A stretch of 64,000 bases of DNA from Eremomyces bilateralis CBS 781.70 (Eukaryota), in assembly GCA_010015585.1 (NCBI GenBank), contig ML975164.1. One strand, given 5' to 3'. Shown in pieces: positions 1 through 10,563 of this stretch. The stretch's first letter is position 1. Each line of letters starts with the position of its first letter. Position numbers and translations under genes: made by a program. The notes under the pieces were generated by a model. The model worked only from the letters and a program-made list of their open reading frames with translations, had not been told where the DNA came from and ran no database searches.

Positions 1-705
1 TTGCTTTCGCAAGTACTCCGCCGCCTCCTTTTGTCCTTCAGGAGTGGTGAATTCCGCCTATTGACTGTTAGCACTTAAACCAGGATACTGTCTCTAGTAC
101 ACTCACAATGTAAAGATGCTTCGCCGGCGGCGGGGTCTCAGTTTCCCCCTCTGCACCTCCCATTATCATCGCAAAGTAGTTATTGTACTGTCGCACACGC
201 GCGGGGTTGCTCGGCACTTCGTTTCCGTTTAATGGCGAGTCGAGGTCAGCAACAGTGATGTATGGTGCGGGACCTAAGAGCAACGTTAGTCCAATGATGT
301 CGGATCATGGCACATCAACCTACCTGAAGCAGATCCTTCGGGCTCGTTGACATCGCCGAGGGTATAAAACCTTGTAGCGAAGTTCGCCACGTCGAAGATG
401 AAATTATTTGGGCCAGGCAAAATGTCACTGTGAGCCGGAAGGGTGAAGAACTCCTGACTGCCCAGAAATTTCACATTTCGAAGCGGATAAAGCGCCAGAT
501 ATGGGCGTTCGACAGGCTCCGACTCGGTGGTATAGTATCTAAAGCCCGAATCGAAGCCATCGGTTGATGCCTTGAAGATTTGCGGGATATGGACCTCTTC
601 GTACCATTTCGTGAACAACTCCGGTGACAAGTCGTCCGGTTTAGAGATTTTGGAATTGACGTAGAACAGACCAGGGCCCGTCGGACCAGTTCCGGTCTCC
701 GCCAT
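1..705 (-). CDS. Hypothetical protein, EthD/dimeric alpha-beta-barrel-like; 3' end runs off the window
   Basis: ATG at 705. The motif FTKWYEEVHIP...YLALYPL is typical of this fungal family. GT-AG introns 274-323 and 58-106 with CTAAC branch points join ORFs 286-705 and 68-283 in frame. Confidence 0.7.
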
Positions 706-1612
706 CGCTTCAGTGGTTTCCTTGACTGAGTCGATTTTCCGAGAGGTCTTTTGACCTGATGTAGCGGTTGATCAGGAGAAGGGCTTTGAGGAACAACCGC
801 GAGGTGACTTTTGATAGCGAGGAACCCAGGGAATTCGCATCCGAAATACCTACTGAGGGGTCGCATTCATTTAACTAGATCGCAAAGTCAAAGCGGGATG
901 CATGTGACGTGAGCAACTTCGGACTGGCACAAAGCATATGCCATAAGCGAGATACCAGGCATACCTTACCACATACCGCATAGGGATGTACAATGCCAGA
1001 TGGAGTAGTATCATTGGTATACTGATTGTAAAGTGACTAGGAAAGCAGACGAAAGACGCAACTAGGACTGAATTGAGAGGATGGATAGATAGGGTGCCGA
1101 GCTGTCGGAACTGGACAGCCTAGGATACTTAGTCGTGGGCATATTTCTTGCCCTCTATGAGGAGGTCATAGGCCAAGGACACTGAAAGCGGACTTTGAAG
1201 AACGATGAGAGGCTGGAAACTGGGGGTGTCTTCAAGGTATCAATTGCGCTCTGAGAGAGAGATACATATTAGATATGCGAAGAGACAGGGCTAAAGGAGA
1301 GAACCACTTAATCAGGAGTTGTGGACACTGGACAGTGGTTTTCTCTTGCCAAAGATACCTCTCCACAGCGGGGTCGTCCCGACTTGCAGCAAATCTATCT
1401 ACACTTCCGCAGATGGTGGCGATTTGCTGCTTGTTCGAGAATTATAGTGGTATGCTTGTGCCTCGTACCGATTACTAAGTTAAGTAAGTCGATTACCTAT
1501 TCTAGAAGGCATCGAGATTCGAGAATTGAGATGTCATTAAGATTTAAGACAGGAGTGTTGTTACTCCAAAGACTTAGGAGGGACTGAACTGCAGGACTCA
1601 AGGTTGGTACTA

Positions 1613-1852
1613 CCCTCCGGGGGGGAAGAAATTGAGTTACGTTTCTTGGCATTCCCGCAACCATCACCACCATTACAGGCAGGCCCAATTCGCTCAAAAA
1701 CAACATAATACCAAAAAGTATACTCTTTTCCTAATTAAGCAACTACTAGAGGCCTGTTTTGGTGAATTCTCCGCCGCGTTCTGGTTAAGATCGTGGGAAC
1801 TATGCTTAGGGGAATGCCAAGAAACGTAACTCAATTTCTTCCCCCCCGGAGG
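1613..1852. mobile_element. MITE-like non-autonomous DNA transposon (Tc1/mariner type)
   Basis: Perfect 43-bp inverted repeat, 1614-1656 against 1810-1852 (cctccgggggggaagaaattgagttacgtttcttggcattccc). TA flanks both ends (1611-1612 and 1853-1854). The interior is non-coding. Confidence 0.8.
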
Positions 1853-2774
1853 TACTGTAAATGACCCCGGCCATGTAAGCGCGCCACCACAGTCCACTAT
1901 GAGGCATGAGCGCGTCTTTCCCCAAGTCCCCCATCTTCCGGCCTTACCAGACTGTATTCAAAAACCGAGACGGCAGAACTACGAATAATGAGCAGGACCA
2001 GTGGGCCGAAGCCCGAAAGCTCCGTTCAGACTCCAGACTTCCGACCTCAGGTTGTCTCCGGGTTAGAATACATACTATAATCGATGGAATGCGATTATGC
2101 GAAGGTGGAGATGCGCCGACCATGTCCACTTGATTCGTATTAGCCTGTGCACTATGTACATCGATGCAATTTCATTTTCCAATCAATACAAACGAGGCGC
2201 AGCCCGTGCATTGCTTGACCCATCACACCCGTGGGCCATGGTAAGACGGAGACGGGAGAACCTCCACGATCGGCGGTTGGCTTCAATGCCTACTACGTAA
2301 ACCCTTCGCTTAGGAAACTCGAGGTCGAGGATATCTCGTCGCGCTTGGCATATATACATAGTAAGCAGAGCCGCACTGTGAGGTCCTAGTATAAAGGAGG
2401 AGCGTGCCCCTAGGAGATGCGTGTCAAGACGCCAATCCACGACACACGCAACCCATCGACACAGTTGCCCTGCGCGGACGCCTGATTGAACGGGGACGTT
2501 TTCTTGATATTCTCCTCACATCGCAGCTTGGGGATTTGGGATCATAATAGATCTTGGACTTTCGCTGATATAAGAGAAAATCCGCATAAGCCCTGCTTCA
2601 CACGATATGAATCGACGGATACAGAAGCAGTGACAAGTCATCGTCGGAATCATGCGTACATAACCGCATTGAATCGCTTTGAAGGAAGAGAGAACTCGAC
2701 ACTTTAGCGCTCTGGATATCGAACCGTCCCCCGAGAACAAAACTATCTGCACACCCCAGCGTTCCGTGCCCAAC

Positions 2775-3356
2775 ATGCACCTCCCAACCACCCTCACCCT
2801 CCTCCTCCTCCTCCCCCTCCTCACCCTCACCGCCGACATCCACATCTCTGTCTCCAACCCCCGAACCGCCAACGTCTTCACCCCGGCCAGCACCACCGCC
2901 TCCCCCGGCGACGTCCTCATCTTCTCCTTCCTCTCCGGACCGCACGACGTCGCACAATCCTCCTTCGACTCCCCCTGCCACCCCGCCCCAAATGCCTTCT
3001 ATAGCGGCCTCGTTTCTTCCGCCTCCGACCGCACTTTCCGCGTCGAGGTCAACTCCTCCGATCCGATCTTCTTCTACTGCGCCGTCGCGGGACATTGTCA
3101 GGCCGGGATGGTCGGCGTGGTTAATCCGCCGCCGGGGCAGGCGGGGGACGCGTTGACGAGGAGGGCGAGAGGGGAGGGGAGATCGGGGACGCCGGATGAG
3201 GTCAGTGGCGGGACGTTTGGGTCGGCGCAAGCTGCGAGTGGGAGTAGTGTGTCGGCGAGTCCGGCGCCGACAGGTCCAGCGCCCGCGTTGGATATTCGGG
3301 TGGTGGGGGGAGGGGTTATGGCGGCGGCGCTTGCGTTTGCGATGGGGATGATGTGA
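2775..3356 (+). CDS. Secreted cupredoxin-like Ser/Ala-rich protein, probably GPI-anchored
   Basis: Hydrophobic signal peptide MHLPTTLTLLLLLPLL. HDVAQ and PIFFYCAVAGHCQAGM supply His/Cys/His/Met type-1 copper ligands. S/A/P-rich linker and hydrophobic C-terminal tail. Confidence 0.85.
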   Translation: MHLPTTLTLLLLLPLLTLTADIHISVSNPRTANVFTPASTTASPGDVLIFSFLSGPHDVAQSSFDSPCHPAPNAFYSGLVSSASDRTFRVEVNSSDPIFFYCAVAGHCQAGMVGVVNPPPGQAGDALTRRARGEGRSGTPDEVSGGTFGSAQAASGSSVSASPAPTGPAPALDIRVVGGGVMAAALAFAMGMM

Positions 3357-3641
3357 GAGATCTGGATGGCATTATCAGTAATCCCCAGGATTTGAGGAAA
3401 ATCTAGACAGTTCGGTTAGTACGCGAGGTCGCATATGGACGACTACGAAAGCGAAGAGACCGGAATCTCTTTTGGAGTAGGTGTAAGTTAACAATGTTAG
3501 TACATGTATAGTGTATATACAAGAAGTGATTGAGTGGTCCCTCGAATCGGTTGAATGCGGTATACCAATTCCAACATGAAATGTGCGAGGCCATGGAGTC
3601 ATAAATGTACAGATGCGTCCGTCGCCATCTATTGTCACCGT

Positions 3642-5061
3642 CTATTTTCGTCGTTCCAGAACTTTTTTGCACATGTTGATTAAGCCTTGCTTCGCTTCGC
3701 TTTCCGGGAAGATGCTGATCGCATCAATTGCTTGGTCGACATAAGACTGCGCAAGTGCGCGAGTCTGCTCGAGTCCGCTACTACTTGCCACCATCTGGCG
3801 TGCCTAGTGTCTGGTCAGTATGCGAAATCGAGATGTTCAAAGTCCCTGGGACACTTACGGCCTCGACGTCTCCCTCTTTTGAGAACTTTCGTCCGATTAA
3901 TGCGCCTAGGGCGCTGTTGTCCTTCCATGCGAACAGTAGCGGTGCGGTCGCCAGACCCAACTCTAAATCAGCACCAGCAGGCTTCCCTAGCTCTTGCGCA
4001 TTCACCGTATAGTCGAGCATGTCATCAACCAACTGGAACGCCAAGCCTAGATTCTTACCATACGAATATGAGGCTTCGACGACCTCCGGAGCCGATCGTC
4101 CCAGCAACGCAGCCGCGCGGCATGACTTGCTGATCAAGCTCGCCGATTTCAAGTATGTCTTTTGCAAGTAGTAGGTCAACGCGTCCTCCGACCACACCGG
4201 GTAGCTCTCATCCTTGGACGTGTTCTTTAGCTGCATGAATTCGCCCTCCACCAAATTCGCGATGACCGTCGCCAGGAGTTCCGTGACTTCTGGATCGCGC
4301 AATCGAGCCAATGCGACGGATGCGCGGCCGAGCAAAAAGTCGCCGGCCAGGACTGCCATCTTGTTGCCAAACTCCAAGTTCGCGCTCGCCGCCCCTCGGC
4401 GGGACACGGAGCGGTCGATCACGTCGTCGTGTAACAATGAAGCGGTATGGATCAGCTCCGTGATCTCGGCGAGCCGACGCTGTGACGGGAGTACATCGGA
4501 CCACTCTGCGGGCCATTCTGCGTCTGGGGTGGAGGAAAAAGCAGTGGAGGTACTGTAGGGAGGAGCGGATGGGTTGGTATCGGAGAGGATGCTGGAGGGA
4601 GATATGGGGACGTTGACTGTGGATTCGGTGGGGTTGATGGAGGAGGTTCGTGGACAGAGTGCCGTGGCGCGAGCCATGAGGAGGACGAGCATCGGCCGCA
4701 CGTATTTGCCTTCTGATTGCGTGTAGTATTTCGCGACGTTATCGAGCATCGGATGCCCGGATCCCAACAGTTGTCGAATATTGTTCGTCAGCAATTTCAT
4801 CTCCTTGGCCACGATCCTGAGCGGATCAATGCCGATGGGAGAGCTCTGGCTAGGGATGGTCGCCGTGTTGAATGCATTCTGAACCGCAGATACCGCCGCT
4901 CCCCAGGAGGATGCGGAACGTCTTCTCGGAGGATGGTATAGCGAACGCGACGAGGGAATGATCAGACTCTGGCATTGTCCGCATGCCAACGACTGGAGGT
5001 TCAGCAGCGACGTGACCGGTCTTCGCACCAGCTTGGCCTTTGCTGCAGATGACACTTTCAT
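3642..5061 (-). CDS. COQ1: Mitochondrial trans-prenyl (hexaprenyl/decaprenyl) diphosphate synthase
   Basis: EGKYVRP, LLHDDVID (FARM) and QLVDDMLD (SARM) motifs; basic N-terminal presequence. Intron 3804-3858; the last exon ends ...KKVLERRK*. Confidence 0.95.
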
Positions 5062-5616
5062 CTTCGTCAACAATCTGCCTCTCCGTGGGTTGTGGAACGA
5101 AGGGATGCCTCTGGTGGAGGCAGGTATAAGATTGCTGGACAACGATATCTTGATAGAAGATCTAGTTCATAGACGCATTTCTAATCCGTGAGACTCAGCC
5201 GGAACTTCGGTCAAACACAGCTCGATTCGACTCGACTCTGGAGGGAGGAGTGGAAGAGTATCCAGGAAAGAGCGTCGATGATGGAAATGATGTGCTGGAA
5301 CTGAACCACCGGTTACCGCTAAGGTACCTGTAATGATCCAAAAGGATCAATTGATAGCGTGTGGTGGTAGCGGAATTTGCAGCTGGTGGAATGGTCGATG
5401 AACTTTTTTAGATGATGCTAAATGGGTCCAGCCGGCATCTACCGACTAGGTATTAAGGTAGTATTAACTACAAGGCTACTACATTCCTCCGCTACCATAC
5501 AGCTACCAATAACCAGAGTTCGATAGTCGATTACAGTGTTGACTACTTCCTATTATTGACCTGGAGCTCAGGACGACAATGGAGTACCCTTTGGAAATGC
5601 TTTGAATCAAGACAAG

Positions 5617-6493
5617 ATGGTGCTGCTTACGATCACACCCGCAACCAAGGACGCGCTCCAAGCGTACCAAGCTCTAGGCCACCGTGAGGACGATTCTGAC
5701 TCTCTTAAGTTTCCCGTGGATGGAGATGTTGGGCAGCCGATTTCCCATGGAGACGTTGTCTTTCTGTCGCAGTCGCTCCTTAAATACTACTCTGCTACGG
5801 CACCCGACGGAGATGAAGTCGAACGCAAACGACATGCGTCCCTATACACTTTGAACCAGCTACTACGAGGGGCGCGGATCTATGAGGAACCCCCAAAGCC
5901 CAAGCCGCAGCCCGTGAGTTGAACATCTAATGCTTATAGTGCCCTATATCAATGCTAACCCCTCCCTAAAGTCCTCAGAGTATGTCAAACTCATGGCGCG
6001 ACTCCGCCGCGAGCAAGAAGCGAAAGACTACGAACGGATGACCTTCCACCCATCCGACCCGTTTACCAAGCCGCAGTTCCTCGGGACAACCCCCCGCCCT
6101 ACCGACTCCTTCAGCGTAGGAAACCAATGGGTATCCGAACCCGACGACGTCACCTACGCCGACGTCAACCGCCAACTAGCGCTCATCTTCAACGTCCTCA
6201 TCTCCATCGTCGCATGTGGCGCTGCCATCTGGGTCGCCGCGAGGCACATGGACGTGCCCGCGCGGTTGGCGTTGAGCATGGTTGGAGCGATCGTGGTCGC
6301 TGTTGCGGAGGTGGTGATCTACTCCGGGTATATTCGACGGATCCAGGAGAGTAAGGCCAGCGAGGCAAAGACGAAGGAGGCAAAGGAGATCTATGAAACT
6401 TGGGTCACAGAGCCGAAGAAGGAGGCGGAGAAGCTCATACGGCCGAAGGAGAAGGCAGGAGACTTGAGACAGCGGAAATTGACCTCTATGTGA
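5617..6493 (+). CDS. VMA12: ER V-ATPase assembly factor Vma12/TMEM199
   Basis: MVLLTIT start, LNQLLRGARIY..PPKPK, EYVKLMARLR, two TM helices and VAEVVIY. Intron 5914-5971. Confidence 0.85.
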
Positions 6494-6879
6494 GGCGAGA
6501 ATTGGCCGTTTACGGTGGACCTCAGGATCCAAAACTCCCCCAAGAGGAATTTCGGCGGACAGCACCTTTGCGGCCTAGCAGGAGGAGTCTTGCACCATCA
6601 ACACCGTCGACTCTTGTCGAGAGGCGCATCGGTAGCGATACCAAGTTCAAGGGCTACCAACAGAATCTACTGGGCTCAGAAAGAAGAAAAACGCGCCACC
6701 GCTGCGGACCTACACAGCATACGTGCATTTGCTCCCCAGACAGCACCTTGCAGGTAGTCTACTACCAGCAGACCAGACCATTTACAACACGCAAATGGTT
6801 TATTCAGACAAGCTTGCTATTGTCTTGAGCTTAGTATTGTCCTGTGATACAATAGCTTAAACGGCGAAGGTAGATAAAG

Positions 6880-7200
6880 GGCTTTCCCATTGTCTGGTGA
6901 TGGACTGACAATTGTCCTACCATATATCTGTTGTCGGCCTCTGTTACATCTATGGACTATTGCTGCCACTATACCGCCCCAATTTGGGTCACATATTCGA
7001 TTGGCAAACCTACCAAGGTCGCCGTTGAACAATGCATGGTCAATACCTATATTGTCTCTTACTCAGAAGTCTTCTTGCATTTATATTTCCTATTCGTTTC
7101 AGATATTGTGATGAAGGACCTATAACCCTCGAAACTTCTGAAAATCATTTCGTCCTGGCAACGGAATTGTCGCGTTGCAGCTGCTCGTGCCCAGTTCCAA
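6880..7200 (-). pseudogene. Possible degenerate SET-domain relic
   Basis: IDHALFNGDLGRFANRICDPN resembles the SET motif IDA...GN..RF.NHSC.PN. An upstream frame gives RAAATRQF..DEMIF..FEG..ITISE. Stops and frameshifts are present. Confidence 0.35.
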
Positions 7201-7668
7201 CAGTCGGATTTCAGCCAAAATTGAAAGATTCAGACCAGTTTGCATATGGATGCCAATAAAAAGTTGGTCGGGTACCTGGATGTATTCATAAATTTTGTTC
7301 GGAGCCGGAGGACGCGCCAGCTCTGTCGCAACCACTTGGAGATGGGATCTACCTTTCTCTAAGACGAAATGACGTCGTTAAAAGGAAAGCAAGCACGCAT
7401 AACAGCATGCCGATCCCGCGCCACTAACTTCATCATATCCAGTTTACGAGAAACGAGAGGATTAAAGTCTCTTATTTCCTTTCTTCCCTTCCTGACCTTC
7501 TTTAGATTTGGTAATTTCCCTTATTGTTGTTCCAATTTCCTGTTGTCCGATTGTCGCAAGCGTTTTTAGAGCAACTCCACGAGTTCGCCTCTCGTGCGCG
7601 GCCCCTACCTTCTGTGGATTTCTCCAAACCAATTCGAGGAACTATTCCCAGGAATCCCTTTCGCAAAT

Positions 7669-9330
7669 ATGGCGCTGTCAAAGGCGGCATTATCCCTAGT
7701 GATCGCTCAATTGTATGGGGGCGTGTCCGGCTCACCAGCACCCCTTCCAAACGCTGCTCCGCATCCCATGATCACACCCTCGCCCGCCCTGCATGATCCA
7801 TCGAGGACATTTAGAGCGAGAGGCATCGTCAGCGATGTCACGGAAGGATTCGGCGGCTTTACCTCAGGAGTTGATTCGGTGTTTCGTAGTCTTGGATCGG
7901 CAATTCCGTCCTACGTCGCATCTGGTTCGTCTCACCAACTTGCCCAAATCTTCCACCAATTCTGACAGGCCGTAGGTGTACCCAACTTCTTCCAAGATTT
8001 CCCCGTCGGCGACAAGGTGCAGAGTTCGCTCGGAATCGACGACGAGCAGGTGCGGGCACTGCCTACGCAGGTTCTGAACGTTCCGCCTTACGCGAATTGG
8101 AGCAATGGCGCATGGAATATACGGTTCAGAGGAAATGTAAGATGAAGTGTCTGCGGAATATATGTACAGTCGTTAACATGTGGTCAGGTCTACAAACAAC
8201 CCAATACCTCCGAGGGGAAGCTGAATGAACTTGCGAATATCTTCCTCATCGATACGGATGTCCAGGACTTGCCTCCAGAACAACAAGCGCAAGCCCGCAA
8301 TGTCACCGCGTCCATATTCATCCTGCAGCAAGATGACGAAAACGTTACCATGCATATGGAGCCCGCCGATTCGGCGGGTTCAAGCGGCGAACCTGGTGGT
8401 GGAGGTGCCGTCACACCAGAGGGTGGCGTTCAAAACGCCACTCTCCCCGACCCAACCACCGAGCTCGGCGATTTCGATGCCTTCGTCCCAATTGAACTGA
8501 ACGGATTGACCGCCGGCGACGAAGCGACCGAAATCCAGCGACTCAATGTTTACGCGGAGGGTGCCACTTTGGGAAACGCAACCGCATACCTGGTCCCTCC
8601 CACCGGTCTGACCATTATATCCGACATTGATGACGTTCTCCGCGTCACGAAGATCTACAAGCCCGATGAAGGTATCCTGAATTCGTTCGCCCGCCCCTTC
8701 ACCCCCTGGTTGAACATGCCCGACATCTACGCCAACTGGAGCCGCAGCATCCCCGACACGCACTTCCACTACCTCACCACGACCCCGGAGCAAGCGACGC
8801 GCATCTACATGGACTTCATTTACAAGACCTACCCGGGCGGCTCCTTCGACACCCGGCCTCTGAACTTCTCCGATGTCTCCGCCACCCTCTCCATCCGCCA
8901 ACACCTCCTCGACCGCATCTTCCAGACCTTCCCGGACCGCAAGTTCGTCCTCGTCGGCGACACCAGCAACTCGGACATGATGAAATCGTACCCGGGCCTG
9001 GTGGCCGCGTATCCGAGGCAGGTGCAGTGCATTCTGATGCGCAACACGACCGCGACGGACGAGGATATGCTGTTCCCGTACAACACCGATGGGTTCAAGG
9101 ACTTGGATCAGCAGATGTATATGTTTTTCAACACGCCGGACGACCTGACTGGGCTGGATATCGCGGGTGGGAATTGCTATAATGCGTCGGTGCCGCAGCA
9201 CCTCACGTTTGGGTATCAGGCGGAGCGGTTGGGGGTGCATGGAGATACGGGTGCCGCGGGACGGGTTGGCGTGAGTTGGTACGCGGTCGTTGGCCTTGCT
9301 TCATTCATTGGCGCCTTTTTAGCGTTGTAG
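7669..9330 (+). CDS. Secreted, probably GPI-anchored protein with an App1-like phosphatidate phosphatase (DUF2183, HAD) domain
   Basis: Signal peptide MALSKAALSLVIAQL; IISDIDDV, FHYLT and FVLVGDTS motifs; hydrophobic C-tail. Introns 7925-7975 and 8137-8187. Confidence 0.85.
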
Positions 9331-9790
9331 GGACCTCTGTGATGAGGCAGGATAAGTCTCACGAGATGGTTATACGTTTTGCATCGGCGCATTGCTGGAC
9401 GGCGTAATGGACGACTTGGCTTTCGAGGCTTGTATATGAGAGATAGTGTATGGTAGTACGAGTACGCAAGAACGAAGTAGACATGATTCAACTTCCTTGG
9501 GTCGTAATCGATCAATTTGAACGACCGCGCTTCCGACTTTCGATATAGCTAACAACACATTAGATCCGCACCGAACTGCAGCACGACCTCGTACTCCCGC
9601 CCAACCCTTCTCAACAAATTCGGAATTCAACGAAATAAGGGAATGAATTGGCCGCTTGTCCAGATACACCGGTGCCGAAACTTACGCCGCATTCATCACC
9701 ACCCTCGTTCGGGTTACTCTCCCCATTATATGGATATCTTCCTCCCCTTCCTTAGTGATGGCTCTGCTACAGATCCTGCATCTGCGGCCC

Positions 9791-10563
9791 TTAATTCTTC
9801 CCTGTATGCTGCGGATACTGCTGCGCGTTCTGCGGATACGCCGGCAGGCTCTGCTCCGGATACATCATTTGCGGATGCTGCTGCTGCGGCGCATACTGCT
9901 GCGGCTGGGGCGAATAATGCTGCGGCTGGGGAGCATACTGTGGCGGCTGGGAAGCATACTGCGGCTGCTGGTGCTGGTGCTGCTGTGGCGGATACACCAT
10001 GCCGGTATCCTTCGCTTCGCGGGCGCCGGCGGGCTGCTGGGTGATGAGGCTGCGCTTCTCGTTCTCGCGGAACTCGGCCTCCTTGTCTTGCTGGACGAGA
10101 TCGCAGGGTGTGCAGCAGCAGGCACAGAGGCAGTCTTTGCAGCCGCCGCCTTGGAGTTGGTACTTGGAGCGCATTTCGCCGCGTTGCATCATTTGGAGGA
10201 TCCAGTGACAGCCGCACATGGCGATGACGTAGTAGCTGGAAGGGGGGTTAGTTGGGGAGATGGGGATGGGTAGGGCTGGGGAAGGAAAAGGGGGTGAGGA
10301 GAGACGTACCCGCAGCATGATCCATTGCACCAGGAGAAATCTTTCATCGAGGAATCCTTACGAGTACGGTGATAGACTTTGCCGTAAAGAAAGCATGGGC
10401 AGCACCATCCTAGGAAGCCTGTGTGGAAAATGTATTAGTATGATAGACTCAATGGACCAGAATCCCTCGACATTAGGAGATCCGTCAAGCACATACAAGA
10501 GGAAATCGGACTGCAGCAATCCGACCCTGAATGTTCCCAATTCCGCACTTGACTGGGAGCCAT
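9791..10563 (-). CDS. PLAC8 (DUF614) Cys-rich protein with a Q/P/Y-rich tail
   Basis: The spliced product reads MAPSQVRNW..DCC..CFLGWCCPCFLYGK...RGEMRSKY..DCLCACCCTPCDLVQQDKE. Introns 10419-10496 and 10236-10309. Confidence 0.9.

Noticed and set aside
960..1610. TpA-rich stretch as a RIP-degraded element
   Set aside because: The composition is suggestive, but no identifiable protein motif or terminal repeat was found.
2663..3562. Inverted similarity flanking the cupredoxin gene (TALNRFEG in a plus-strand ORF, TAFNRFEG in a minus-strand ORF)
   Set aside because: Only about 24 nt with several mismatches, it does not extend, and there is no target-site duplication; compatible with chance.
5143..5178. 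Upstream in-frame ATG of COQ1 (M-R-L-stop) as readthrough or a longer N-terminus
   Set aside because: TGA at codon 4. The ATG at 5061 already gives a normal presequence, so this is at most a tiny uORF.
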